Below are positions 14,518 to 28,936 of a stretch of DNA of 64,000 nucleotides, piece after piece. The notes under the pieces were generated by a model. That model searched no databases. It saw only the letters and a program-made list of their open reading frames with translations, and was not told where the DNA came from. Numbering within the stretch: the first letter of the stretch is position 1; each line of letters begins with the position of its first letter. The stretch is from Eledone cirrhosa. Taxonomy: Eukaryota. The stretch lies in NCBI GenBank assembly GCA_964016885.1, contig OZ024740.1, positions 256,060,001 to 256,124,000 on the forward strand. The letters run 5' to 3'. The translations under genes and the position numbers were made by a program.

Positions 14518-15563
14518 ATATATAGTGGGCGGCTGCATGGTATAATGTATGGACAGAAATTACGATTAACAATTAGAAACGTTAAATTTATGTTTAGAAG
14601 ATGCCATTTAAGATGAAATTAGAAAAATAAGGTTTAGGTTTGAAGTTGTAAGATATAGTTAAAGAATTTCAAGAAGGAGGCTGTTATGAAAAAGTTTAAG
14701 TGTATTATAGATAGTCATGATAGAGTTTCATGGTAGAATATAGAGCAAAGATTAAGCCCATGCTTAGCGGTCAATAACCAGCGACGTCGCGGACACCCGG
14801 CCAGCCTGGGACCCAACGGCGTGTCAACCGTTCCGAGTATTATCGTCTAGCGAAAGAAATGGAAATTTATTTTTCCGAGCACTTCAGGAATGTTAACTGT
14901 CTTAAGCGTCGGGTGTGTTAGCGGGAAGTCCGCCACCGTCCGCCAGCCATCGTATATACCAAACGATTACTAATTATTCACACTGGTGGGGGATTTAGTT
15001 AAGTGCTAGTAGAAGGAGGCAAGATAAAGTTAAAAGTTATGATTAAGCCTAGAATTTAAAGGTACTGTTTGGCGGTCAGTAACCGGTGTCGCGGCGGGTT
15101 CCTAATCCGACAGGGCCCCAGGGCGAAGCAGCCGTTCCGAGTATTTTCCTTTACCGAGAAAAGGGGAAATTTATTTTTCCAAGCAATCTAGGAAGGCTGG
15201 TCGACCCGAGCGCCTGGCGTGTAGACGGGAAAGCCGCCACATCCGTCGGATCATCGCGTGTTACCAAACGATTATTAGTTATTCACACCCGTAATGTGAA
15301 GTTGAAAGTGGTAAAATCTGATGAAATGTGTCAATAGACTATAGTTAGTCCCCAGTTAGTCCGGGTTATATGTAGTGTGATTCCTGGATGGGGAGATAAA
15401 CAGATATAAGGGTACAGAGAGAAATATTTTAGGGTCGTGTGCTAATGAGTACAAGGATACGTATATAAAGAGAGTATAGGGAGTAAATAAATGATTAAAT
15501 AAAACCATAAGTAAAATACATAAATAAAATGCAGTCATACCTAGGGTGGTGTATATATATATA

Positions 15564-15893
15564 TATAGTAAAATAAAATAAAACAAGGACGATTGGTTAC
15601 TCCTTCATTACGTTTATTGGTTGGTGACGCGCGTTTCACCACTGATCAGCTCAAGGTTCGATCTGTATCGATCTAGCCCGACTCTGTAATCCGCGGCTTG
15701 TCAGACCCCTTACAATGTATAATCATTTTTTCATTACCATTGTAAGGGGTCTGACGAGCCGCCGATTACAGAGTCGGGCTAGATCGATACAGATCGAACC
15801 TAAAGCTGATCAGTGGCGAAACGCGTGTCACCAACCAATAAACGTAATGAAGGAGTAACCAATCGTCCTTGTTTTATTTTATTTTACTATAAT
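15564..15893. repeat. Fold-back palindrome carrying two hammerheads
   Basis: ~150-bp inverted arms around 15717-15738, with a few mismatches. Confidence 0.9.
15745..15836 (+). ncRNA. Type-I hammerhead with long helix II
   Basis: GGT-CTGACGA-GCCGC...GTGGC-GAAA-CGCGTG-TC-ACC, then AATAAA. The inverted copy 15623-15707 has CTGACAA. Confidence 0.75.
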
Positions 15894-15965
15894 ACACTCT
15901 CTCTAGCTCTACACCTCGACACAGAAGTGAACCTAAACGTCGAGTGCTCACACAGGTGAACCGAC

Positions 15966-16063
<98 letters not shown>

Positions 16064-16071
16064 ATATATAT

Positions 16072-16327
16072 CACCTTGACCGACCAGTCTGTCGGGCACC
16101 AATCGGCGCCGCTGGTCACAGCACGTCGTGCTGTTATAGCCATAAGATAACGCCATCCCACTGGCTGGGCGGGTGGCCTGGTACTCATTTCTACAGCTGA
16201 GTAAACTGGAGCAACGTGAAATAAAGTGTCTTGTTCAAGGAAACAACACATCACTTGGTCCGAGAATTGAACTCACAACCTTTCGATTGCAAGCCCAATG
16301 CTCAAACCACTAAGCCATGCGCCTTCA
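16072..16327 (-). mobile_element. tRNA-headed SINE
   Basis: Reverse-complement head GGCGCATGGCTTAGTGG...GAGTTCAATTC (A/B boxes). Same family as 60666. Confidence 0.8.
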
Positions 16328-16389
16328 TATAGGGATTAGACTCTACCCTTCTACAACTGAAAAATTCAAACAAGGTCTATGTCCATTCT

Positions 16390-16720
16390 GACAAAACTGG
16401 TAACTTGTACCATAACGATATCGATAAATATAACCAGTTCATATATAAAGAACTTAGAAAAAACTATAAGAAAGCAAATACCTCCGCACTAACATCGTTG
16501 AACAACATATCATGTGATATAGTAAAGAAGCTCCAGATGGAGATAGGACTGAGCCTTTCACGCCTAAAAGCCCGCATTTCAATCTGAAAGACCATAAATC
16601 TGACTTTAACTCGAACCCATCTATTAGACTGATATGCCCATCAAAATCTGATATCGGTAATATCAGCAAAAAGATTATTGATCGTATCATTCCGCAAATT
16701 AGAAAATGTGTAACACTTCC
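16390..16720 (+). mobile_element. PLE reverse-transcriptase fragment (KDHK type, possibly Hydra-like clade)
   Basis: FTPKSPHFNLKDHKSDFNSNPSIRLICPSKSDIGNISKKIIDRII resembles the PLE RT fingers motif. Confidence 0.65.
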
Positions 16721-16924
16721 ACTATGTAATATAGATTTATGTATGTGTATATATGTATGTCTATATATGTATATGTATGTGTGTATGTGTGTATATATAT
16801 ATATGTGTTTGTGTGTGTGTGTATATGTGAGTATAGGTGTATGAGTGTTTATATATGAGTGTGTACATGTATGAGGAGTGTACATACACACACACATATA
16901 TATATATGTGTGTGTGTATATATA

Positions 16925-16975
<51 letters not shown>

Positions 16976-17039
16976 ATGTGTGTGTATATATATATGCATA
17001 TATGTGGGTATAGGTGTGTGTGTGTGGATATAGATATGT

Positions 17040-17900
17040 AAGGATATGTGTGTATATGATTATGTGCATATGTGTTTGCATCTATTTGTGCGTATGTATA
17101 TTTTTGGTTGGATATCAATATAACTGTACCTCTCTATATATAGTGTGGATATATGCACTTTCTAATCTATGAAATTTATGTGTTTTAATTATGCCAACAT
17201 GTACCTATCTGAGTTTGATTATTTATCCATAAACATACTTGATAGTATTTTAGAGTGTATCATATGCTGTATTATACTAAGTGCAATTTACCACACCGTA
17301 CTATATTGTGTTGGTTAAGTTGTATATTATTGCATTACTGTATTTCATTATCTTATTATAATTTTCATATTTTAATATACTATCTTTCCTAGCCATAACC
17401 TTAATTTATATTCACCTAAAAACTCAATACAACACTAATCACCATTTATTTTGACATTTTTTTTAACTTCACTATACCAGATACATTCAACTATCAGTTT
17501 GACAATCCCTTTCCTCCTAATAGATTTTTATGCCAATTCTACTATTAACACCGTTCAACCATTCCTTTGAAAGGGTCATGACCTCAACTAAAGTGTATTA
17601 CTTTTCATCTTAACACCATATGAAAAAACAATTTGATTCGTTAGTTCTTCAACTATCTCCAAATAAGGACATGATACTAACATACTACTAATTCTGAATA
17701 AAATTATTATTGCGTTTCAAAACAGCTGGTGATATGCATGTCAGTAAATATTCTCTTTATCTGATATTTTGTAACTAACCTTACATAGATCAATAACGGA
17801 TTATAGCTGCAATGTATTATCATCATCTAGAAACGATTGTAAAGCAGTGAAGTATATCTCTAATAGCTTGATTTTTTATTTCATTGTTTTAACTTATATG
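17040..17900 (+). mobile_element. AT-rich non-coding repeat with terminal HHR-like motif (copy of 51470-52330)
   Basis: ~860 bp colinear with 51470-52330. Degenerate HHR at 17711-17846. Confidence 0.75.
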
Positions 17901-18021
17901 ATAACTTTGTTTTCCTTTTAATGTTTTATTGTTTTCCGAGATTTATCTTAACCTACAACATTTTCAACATATGGATTACGTCGAGTTTTTCATGCAGACC
18001 CCACAACTTACTGCGGATACT

Positions 18022-18065
<44 letters not shown>

Positions 18066-18079
18066 CATATATATATATA

Positions 18080-18145
<66 letters not shown>

Positions 18146-18155
18146 CATATTTTAT

Positions 18156-18229
<74 letters not shown>

Positions 18230-18231
<2 letters not shown>

Positions 18232-18655
18232 AATGGCGTGCTGCGTGGTTGCACATGGGTTACATATGAATAAAATTATTCCTTCATCAGTGATCTTCCA
18301 GCCTTCATTGGTATTTCTTCGCTTTAAAGATCATATACCTCTGGTTGGTGCGAGCTATAACTAAAGAAAGTTATTGGGACACGTAAAATAGGGTGAAGCG
18401 TGCTAGACATGTAAACAAACAAAGATGGTAATGCAACGGAAGGATAGGAAGAGGGGAAAACAAGTCCGTGATATCTGTGAACTTCAGTTCTGTGAAATCA
18501 TAGACGAGGAGAGATACCGACCATCCGACCTGTGTGAGATGTGAGCGAGAAAAGGATTTCACACAGGTCAAACGGGAGGAAGTGAGAGAGGGGGAGAAGC
18601 AGAGAGTGAGTGAGTGAAAATGTGAGGAAGAGGCCAGCGGAGAGAGAGTGACTTG
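18230..18655 (-). mobile_element. Non-coding repeat carrying the K-turn/permuted-hammerhead motif
   Basis: Reverse complement is homologous to the 20385-21058 unit; flanked by (TA)n. Confidence 0.7.
18272..18348 (-). ncRNA. Candidate non-circularly permuted hammerhead with kink-turn
   Basis: Reverse complement: CCAACC a GA GGTAT A TGATCTT taaagcgaa GAAATACC AAT GA a GGCTGG AAGATCA CTGATGA AGG. Confidence 0.5.
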
Positions 18656-18677
18656 TATATATATATATATATGTATG

Positions 18678-18734
<57 letters not shown>

Positions 18735-18735
<1 letters not shown>

Positions 18736-18950
18736 ATCGATCGACTTTCGTCAAATCGGACCGAGGAAACAATGTTTCCGTTGGTCTTTCCAGTTGCTAG
18801 TACTATCTATCGGTCGCAACTCCAGGTAGAAGGAGCAACGTGAAATAAAGTGTCTTGCTCAAGGACATAACGCATCGCCCTGTCCAGGAATCGAACTCAC
18901 AACCTCAACATTGTGAATCCAATTCTCTAACCACTAAGCTACACGCCTTC
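18735..18950 (-). mobile_element. tRNA-headed SINE with structured tail
   Basis: Same family as 34047 and 36038. Confidence 0.8.
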
Positions 18951-18952
18951 AC

Positions 18953-19042
<90 letters not shown>

Positions 19043-19046
19043 GCAC

Positions 19047-19084
<38 letters not shown>

Positions 19085-19085
19085 G

Positions 19086-19205
<120 letters not shown>

Positions 19206-19678
19206 AAGAGAAAAGGTGAAATTGGAAATAGCACGGAAAATATATTTAAGGGGCGGTTTTCTTTTTTTTCCCCTTCTTTGATTCGTCAAAGATACATTAT
19301 TGAAAAAATGAGAGGGACAACTCTTTTAAAAGAGAGTTTTATATTGTATATAAAGTATATAAAGTATTACCAGTTTTGATGTATTAGTAAAATTCCTCTT
19401 ATCAAATGTTGAGTATTGCAAATAAAAAGAATTAATAAGAATTAACAACTAAAAGTTAAAGATTTAAAATAAGTGTTGAGGCAAGTTTTTTTCATCTTCC
19501 TTTTTGAGAAGGAGAGTGTAAAAATAAACTCTTGTGTATAGGGAGAGAGAGATGTAGTCATGGTAGTAGCAGCAGGACTCTCTTTTAAAATAATTGTCCC
19601 TCTCATCCATTCAATAATGTCACTTTGTCTCTATCTTTCTCTCTCTACCTATCTCTCCCCCCTCTCTCCGTCTCTCTC

Positions 19679-20050
<372 letters not shown>

Positions 20051-20156
20051 AAATATACTCCAAGTATTTGTCGAGTGCTTTTTTATCAGTTATAAATATT
20101 TACTAGTTGTAACCCAACAATTTTAAATATAACTTTACATATATATATATATATAT

Positions 20157-20237
<81 letters not shown>

Positions 20238-20384
20238 TTAGAAGTGGCACTGACAGCGTAGTTCAAGATAAATATCATTTTCCTGTTATCCACTCTACTA
20301 CCCTAAGTATTGAGTACTCTGGTGCGTTATGGTCCATCTGGTTGGTTCCTTACCACACCTCCTTCGTTATATATATATACCTTT

Positions 20385-21051
20385 TTTTAGTTATTGCTCG
20401 CACGAACCTGAGATATATGATTTTTAATGCGACGAAATATCAATGATGGTTGGCAAATCACTGACGAAGGACTAATTTTATCATATGTAACCCATGTGCA
20501 ACCACGCAGTATTCTTCTTTCTTCTCATGTTTTTTATATATATTTACCTCGGCTGCGTGTGTCTGTTTCTCTCTTACTGCTTCCCCGTTCTCTCTGTTGC
20601 TCTCACCTTCTTTCGCCCCTCTGTCAGTTACACTTTCTCTCGACTGACCTCTTCCTCGCACTTCCACTCACTCACTCTCTGTTTCTCCCTTTCTCACTTC
20701 CTCCCGTTTGGCTAGTAGTGGGTTCTCTTCTTGCTCACATCTCACTCACGTCGGACGGTCTGTATCTTGATCGCTCATGAAATCCACCCAGCTTATGCTG
20801 ACCGGATAACCATGTTGCTTGTTTATTCCCATCTTTGCGTTGCTTTCATCCTTCTATGTTGTTTACTTGTCTCACTCGCTTTACGCGATTTACTTGTCCC
20901 AATAGCTTTTTTTAGTTATTGCTCGCACCAACCTGAGGTATATGATATTTAATGCGACGAAATATCAATGACGGTTGGCAAATCACTGACGAAGGACTAA
21001 TTTTATCATATGTAACCCATGTGCAACCACACAGTATTCTTCTTTCTTCTC

Positions 21052-21058
<7 letters not shown>
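20385..21058 (+). mobile_element. Non-coding tandem repeat (525-nt period) with K-turn/permuted-hammerhead motif in each unit
   Basis: Motifs at 20403-20480 and 20928-21005. Pyrimidine-rich spacer; (TA)n flanks. Confidence 0.75.
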
Positions 21059-21083
<25 letters not shown>

Positions 21084-21104
21084 ACTGAAAATAGAGAAAT
21101 TAAT

Positions 21105-21182
<78 letters not shown>

Positions 21183-21359
21183 TACATTTTTGTCTTTTCT
21201 GTTAATCCTTGGGCGCCCACGCAAGTAGTACGTGAGCCAAGTTCAACGTTTCAAGTATTTTTTAAAAAACTTGATTTACATACACATACACTATTGAATT
21301 TCCATTCCTGTCCAAGTACAAATATTTCAGTCTTTTCCATATTATTATTATCACCGAAT

Positions 21360-21545
21360 AAGACGGTGGGTTGGCAGAATCGGTAGAGGGTCGGGCGCTA
21401 TACTTTGCACATAGAGTTACGGCCCTTTTCTATCTGAGTTCAAATCCCGCCGAGGTTAACTTTGACTTTCATCCTTACGGGGTCGATAACATAAAGTACC
21501 AGTAATGCTCTAGGATAATTGGTAGTTTGTGCCAAAAAGTAGAAA
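21360..21545 (+). mobile_element. tRNA-headed SINE (Meta-domain-like)
   Basis: TGGCAGAATCGG...GAGTTCAAATCC...TTTCATCCTTACGGGGTCGATAA..AGTACCAG. Confidence 0.8.
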
Positions 21546-21732
21546 CAATTATTATTATCACCGAATAGCCATCGGGGAGAATAATAATTGTAACGAGGTA
21601 TCCGTGGGAAAATTCATTTAAATAATATAGGTCTTCGGTAGTGAAAAGTTTGGGAATCACAGCTATGAGCTATTAATCATTCAACGTACAGAAAATGAGG
21701 GAGCACACATACACCAACACACACATATATAC

Positions 21733-21772
<40 letters not shown>

Positions 21773-22235
21773 ATGGATACACATGTATGTATATGTTCAT
21801 ATATATAGTTATTCATGTTGATGTATATATGTATATAATGCGTATGTTGGTATGTTGATAGGATATTTATTTATATCACAACAAAAATGTCAAAAAGTAA
21901 AACCCAACATCTAAATTCCTCCTATTATTCCTTTTATCCCATTTCAGTATATTTCCATTCCATTGTTCCTGTTTACCGTTTCTCTAATCTTACTCAAAAT
22001 TCTATCAAACACCTATATCTTTCTACAGTTGCAACCAAACGATTTTTGTTTTTTTCTGATTTTTCTGATCGTTGCCGCACGTTTCTTTCCTGTCTTCAAA
22101 CAACCAACACTAGAACGGATAGCATAGACACACACATGTACAAGCACACACATATACACACACACACATAGAGAGATGCATACACACACATACAAGGACA
22201 CGCACACACACGCACACACACAACACACACACACT

Positions 22236-23040
<805 letters not shown>

Positions 23041-23654
23041 CATACAAATGGTGGAAGTAAACACATGGTTGACTGGTTAAGGAATTCGCTGCGACACTTT
23101 AGAGGATCAAACTTATTGTATGGCGACACATAAGACAAGCATCTCATTAATCAAATCCTTATGTGTGAGATTTGGTAGACGGAAACAGAGTGGATGCCCG
23201 GAATGAGGTATTGTATTTCTTCGATATGGTGATATACTAGTAGAGAGTAATGTATTGCGTTCAATATAGTTGATTAAATCCTTTGATAGTGGTGCCCCAG
23301 CATGATCTTCGTCCAATGATTGAAACTAATATAAATCATATTAACTGATATTTGATTTAGTTACAAATATTACGGTGGAAATATTAACCCACATTTTTAT
23401 GTGGACGACCTCATGTTGTATGTTGTTGCGTATACTGAAAACACTGCTTCGGACAGTACAAAGATTTAAATTAATGAGTTTCTCTTGGACGTGTTGGACT
23501 AAGCCTGGAACTTACCCCGGTTTGATGGGCATCGAGTGAAAGAGATCACAAAACTCTACTTAGACAGGATGCCTGTCCATCGCCTGATTAACACCTCTCC
23601 CTCAACTGGCGTTGGTACTTATTTTCAGTTGAGTGAACTGAAAAAACAAGAAAT

Positions 23655-23845
23655 AATTGTTTCTACTTTTGGCACAAGGCCAGCAATTACCCAGTGTATT
23701 ACTGGTACTTTATTTTATCGACCTCGTAAGGATGAAAGGCAAAGTTAACCTCGGCGGGATTTGAACTCAGAATGGCAAGGGCCGTAACTCTACGCGTCAA
23801 AGCATGGCGTCCGACCCTCTACCGATACTGCCAATCCATCGCCCA
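23655..23845 (-). mobile_element. SINE (Meta-domain-like) nested in an older SINE (~23480-23970 -)
   Basis: Same core as 21360/38388. The flanks resemble the 60666 SINE. Confidence 0.75.
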
Positions 23846-24057
23846 AGAAATAATGTACATTACTCAAGAAGATAACGCTTTATATTGCTTTTCTTTTTTT
23901 TTTGGGGGGGGGGGCTGACCCTCGATTTTATGATCTTGAGCTTACAATATGATTAACCACTAGCCCATGCAAATATTTCAATTAATAAAAACCACAAATA
24001 AGGGATAAGAGAGAGAGAAAAGAGAGAGGGAGAGAGAGAGAGAGAGAGAGAGAGGGG

Positions 24058-24161
<104 letters not shown>

Positions 24162-24363
24162 GTGTGAGTGTGTGTTTGTGTGTGAGAAAGTGAGAGGGGG
24201 AGAGGCGATAATTTGATCGGGCTCAGTTCTGCAAATACTTAAAAATCAATGAATTAGACAACGTGCAAACGCCATACAAATGAAGGAATAGTTTTAAGAG
24301 AAATATTGTAAACACCTTAGATTAATTTCTAAAATGGCGCTAAATATTAAATATAGACCAATA

Positions 24364-24890
24364 TACGAGGGGGTTTCAAAAGTTCATGGAAAAAGGACAG
24401 TTGGAAAAAATGGTTTAATTATGTTTATTTTTCAACATATGCTCCATCTTGGTCAATACACTTCTGCAAGCGTTGATACCAGCCTTTAAGTCCATCTGTA
24501 TAAAACTGAGGGCCATGCAGCTTTTTTACTTCTTCAACTGGAGATCATCATCAACCTCATCTCTTCCACTTCTAAAACAACTTATCCATTTGTAGGTTGT
24601 TGATTTCTTTGGGGCATTGTCTCCATAAACTTCCTCCAGAGCGTCAATTATTTGGCTGCTCTTCCACCCTAGCTTCACCATGAATTTGATGTTTTGATGG
24701 AAGCCATGTTGCTCAAATGGGTGCTGACTTCCGACTGGTAGCGCGGCGTTGCAACATGCATTTCAGGGTTCATATTAGAACATGTTACGACACGTTAGTA
24801 CGAGAATGTACAGGTGCATTGAGATCAAAATGCCTGCATATGATTTTTAGCTATGTACTTTTTCTACGAACTTTTTGAAGCCCTCTCGTA
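24364..24890 (-). mobile_element. Internally deleted mariner element with TIRs and TA target duplication
   Basis: TA-CGAGGGGGTTTCAAAAGTTC ... GAACTTTTTGAAGCCCTCTCG-TA. Minus strand encodes IKFMVKLGWKSSQIIDALEEVYGDNAPKKSTTYKW and LKGWYQRLQKCIDQDGAYVEK. Confidence 0.9.
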
Positions 24891-25127
24891 TGCTGTAGTC
24901 AGGCTAGTAATAAGTTATAGTGCTATCAAAAGTGTTTTAAATTTTTCTTTAGAATTCAAGGAACACAAATGGAAGACAATCAAGGGCTGGAGTAAATGTT
25001 CTAAATAATCTAAAACGAGTTCATTCATTCCAGAAATTAGCGTTCTCTGTCGATCTACAAACATATGACCAATTATGAAGACATGCCAACCACTGTGGCA
25101 AGATCTGATGGACTGTCTAAAACCATA

Positions 25128-25141
25128 TACTACTACTACTA

Positions 25142-25229
<88 letters not shown>

Positions 25230-25331
25230 CACCACTACCACCACCACCACACACCACCACCACCACACACCACCACCACCACCACCACCACCTCCACCAC
25301 CACCACCACCACCACCACCACCACCACCACC

Positions 25332-25389
<58 letters not shown>

Positions 25390-25390
25390 A
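25128..25390. repeat. Compound (TAC)n-(CAC)n-(TAC)n microsatellite
   Basis: Direct read. Confidence 0.95.
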
Positions 25391-25700
25391 ATTCGTCCAC
25401 TCCTTTGTGGTGACATGATAAAACATTTCTATCTCACACGATCCAAAATGAAATGCCTCTTCACTGGACAATTCTGTATCTTCTTCAATGACCTTCTTTA
25501 ATGTTTTGAGAGGTCTCTTGTGTTTGCATTTCACATTAGTGGGCTCCCATGATATGACCTGCAAGTTGAAAACGCCTGACATGGATGGTAGGGCTAATGG
25601 GCGGGAGGTTTCCGTTTGATGTTTAGGTCTTAACAAAAGTTCTTACATAAAATTATGAAGGAAGGCTTTTAAATAAAGACAGACATTTTGAAATATATAG
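25390..25700 (-). mobile_element. Degenerate LINE (RTE-like) 3' end
   Basis: ISWEPTNVKCKHKRPLKTLKKVIEEDTEL resembles an RTE C-terminus; followed by a trinucleotide tail. Confidence 0.5.
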
Positions 25701-27076
25701 CTTTGCATCATAGAACGTTGGGCGATATCAGGTTGTTTGGTATCAAAAGGGTTTTATAAATGCAATGGAAAGTGTTATCGAAATAGCATTATATTTGAAA
25801 TTAAGTCAGGATGGTCATGGATTTGATGCTTTTGATCAGTGTTATGGTCGATCAGGACCGACTAGATGATTTCTTGTACTGTTTTGTCGGTGAGAGAAGG
25901 ACAGTGCCGCATGGTTCCTTTTCAGGGTCTTCGAGGTTGGTGGAAGTGGGAGAAATGTATCGTCAAAGCAGAGACTGGTTCGAATGACTGTGACAGAATG
26001 GGCTTCACAATCTTACCCGATGCCAGATGGTGGTATTAAATCAGTTGACGGGTTAACAAGTAACGACAGCCACAGTAATAATGTAAACAGCAAATACCAA
26101 AACCACAGTGGTAGCTACATCAACAAAAGCAGCAACAACTACCCGAGCAACCACAACAATAACAACGATATCTACAAGGGTAACAATAACGAACACAAGA
26201 ATGGCAAACCAATGGAATGTAGCTGACATCACACCATATTCTCTCAGAACACATTGAATAATCCTAGGATCCAGGGTGCAATGTACTTAAGAAAAAGTCG
26301 GGATGGTCATGTCAGAAATGTCTTTGATCAAACTTCGGTGTAAGTTGAACAAGAATAAAGTCTGTAAAATGTTGATGAATAGAGGAGCTGTAAAGTTTCT
26401 TCATGAAAATTTCTTAAAATTAGTTGTTTTTTTTCACATAAGTTATTTATCTTTTCAAATAAATTTTCAAACTAGTCTTTGAAAATTAGTCTTTTAAAAT
26501 TAGATTTATCCTATAAGCTTTCAGTTTTACAAGATATTTCTAAAATCTGACTATTTTTTTAATTTTTGCTATACATCTTCAAGAATATATTTTTCAGTGA
26601 TGAAGATGGGTGGTGGTGGTGGTGGTGGAGGTGGTGTTGGCTGTGAAACTCATGGGAATGGTACTGATGGTGGTAGGGAAGTGAAGTGTGGGATGTGTTG
26701 GTGGAGAGAGAAAGGAGAATTGAGTGGAGTAGCGAAGGAGTCTAGAGAGATGTGTAGAGGGAGAGATAGATAGATAGTTCGGTAAAAGTTTTCTTACATA
26801 TATGGAAAAGGTAGTTTATAAAAGAAGACCTGCAAATAATTTTCTGCAGCCAAAAAAAAAAAAAGATTTTTTACGTGAGTGTGTATGTGGGTGTATTCGG
26901 GTGAATATATGTGTCTCTGTGTGTCGGCCTGCCTGCAAGTCTGTCTATCTGGCATTCTCTTTAAAAGAAATCGGTATACTGCAGGTGTACGTTCGAGTTC
27001 TGCACGCGACACTGTTCATTTTCCCCTCCCTAGAGGCTTATACTGCCAATCTGTTACACTATTTTCATAGTAAATT

Positions 27077-27134
<58 letters not shown>

Positions 27135-27370
27135 TTGCAAAGTGAGTGTGTTCTGTTATTATTTCTGGCAATATTATTACAACAATATGTCCCTCCTCAA
27201 GTATATCAATATATATATATATATAACCAAAGATTAATATGGTTCATTGATTACTCAATGAATACAGTTTTACAATAGATTAAAAGCACTCAACAAGAAA
27301 AACATTTCCTGGAGCTTTTATTATTCAAAATATTAACAAATGAAGATATTCACAGAATCAAAATATATGC

Positions 27371-27430
27371 TTTATTATATATATTTCGAAGGTACTGTGT
27401 TGTTTTTTCAGTACGTCCTCGTCAGATAAA
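27371..27430 (-). ncRNA. Minimal type-I hammerhead
   Basis: Reverse complement: TTTAT-CTGACGA-GGACGTACTG...CAGTACCTTC-GAAA-TATATA-TA-ATAAA. Confidence 0.7.
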
Positions 27431-28004
27431 ATATATGATTTGATATATGACATACCTCTACGATCTTGATATTTCAATTCCAGTATTGGCAGTGATTTAT
27501 TTCATCAAATCTCAACATTTATATACCACAAATAATAATATGATAAACATAAAGAAGAAAAGGACGTGGAGCGCATTAGAGATATAAGAGAGGGTGTAAA
27601 GAGGAGGAAGGCAAGAAAAAAAAGGAAGAAAGAAAAAAGAAAAAAAAGACAAAATAAATAAATACATACATAAATATTTAAATGAATAAAAATAAATAAA
27701 AGGATGGATGTATAGAGGAAGAAGAAAGGAGAACTAACGACAAAAGAGAGGGAACATAAAATATATGTTGGGATATATAAAAAAAACGTTGTTTTTAAAT
27801 ATTAGGTCAATTGAGGCAACCAATCAATTACCATAAACCATTGAATATCTCTTGTATTTGATTATGGTTAAGCTAATATTACTTATATATTATATCAAAA
27901 TTAGTCAAAATACATTACTATTTATACCAGTCATATAATTGGTTTAATTAAAAAATTATATAATTTAATTTAACTCATTATATATATATGTATATATATA
28001 AATG

Positions 28005-28037
<33 letters not shown>

Positions 28038-28044
28038 GTATGAG

Positions 28045-28370
28045 AAATGTAAATCTGAGTTTTTCGAAAATTGATAATAATATTCGATTCATTTGCAATT
28101 ATGCAAACAGCCTCTTAAACCTTATCAGCAGAATTACCCCGTCATCCTTGCTCCTGTGTTGGCACATCAGAACCGTATACTGTTCATCTACCAAATGTGA
28201 GAGCTAGTGAGAATATATATTTTCTGGAATATATAGTGACTGATCGGCCTGATTTGCCGTTCTGTTTATGTGCCAACACAGGAGCAAGAATGGTGGGGGT
28301 CATTCTACTGACATAGCTTAAGAGGCTGTTTGTATAACTGCAAACGAATTGAATATTCAGTTTTACATTT
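28045..28370. repeat. Diverged fold-back inverted repeat
   Basis: CTTGCTCCTGTGTTGGCACAT / ATGTGCCAACACAGGAGCAAG arms. Confidence 0.8.
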
Positions 28371-28506
28371 CTTGTATTCAGCCAAGTAGATCGATAAACT
28401 ATTTGTTAGTTGTTATATATATATATGTGTGTGTGTGTGTGTTTATCCCGGATTCAATCGGGGGTAGCCACAATAAGTAAGGTAGTCAATAGATAGCAGA
28501 GTATAA

Positions 28507-28641
28507 ATATTTAATGTAGAAATGGCTTCTACAGGACTGGAACTTTTTCATTCGGAGGAAATCATCGGGAAAGCCCTTTCCTGATGATTTCCTCGGAATG
28601 AAACAGTTCTAATCCTGTAGAGCCATTTCTATATTAAATAT
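28507..28641. repeat. Fold-back palindrome with degenerate HHR-like core
   Basis: Arms meet at ~28574. Right arm CTGATGA-TTTCCTCGGAAT-GAAAC. Confidence 0.75.
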
Positions 28642-28875
28642 ATATATGTATATACATATATATATATACATAAAGATATATATGTATATACATATATATA
28701 TACATACAGATATATATGTATATATATACATATATTTGTATAAGCAAATAGATATTTAATTTGTTGGTTATTCAACAAATTTATTTATAACAGATTCGAA
28801 CACTCTACAGATTTTCTTCTGGAGTATAATATCAATGATATTAATACATGGAAACTATCTTTATAAAACCATATT

Positions 28876-28936
28876 TATTTCATTATATATATTTCAAGGG
28901 TACCAACATTTTGGTACGCTCCCATCAGATAAAATA
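28876..28936 (-). ncRNA. Hammerhead motif (A9G mutated)
   Basis: Reverse complement: TATTTTAT-CTGATGG-...GTACC..GGTAC...-GAAA-TATATA-TA-ATGAAATA. Confidence 0.55.

Larger units (their letters stand above)
14115..15350 (-). mobile_element. Non-coding HHR-bearing element (homologous to ~40140-41290 +), interrupted by a SINE fragment
   Basis: 14120-14370 matches the reverse complement of 41035-41290. Internal ~300-bp tandem units match 40200-40430. Confidence 0.65.

Noticed and set aside
20440-20470. SECIS or box C/D snoRNA reading of ATGATGG...CTGA
   Set aside because: Spacing is too short for SECIS and there is no guide region. The AUGA pairs better with the upstream GA as a kink-turn with covarying helices.
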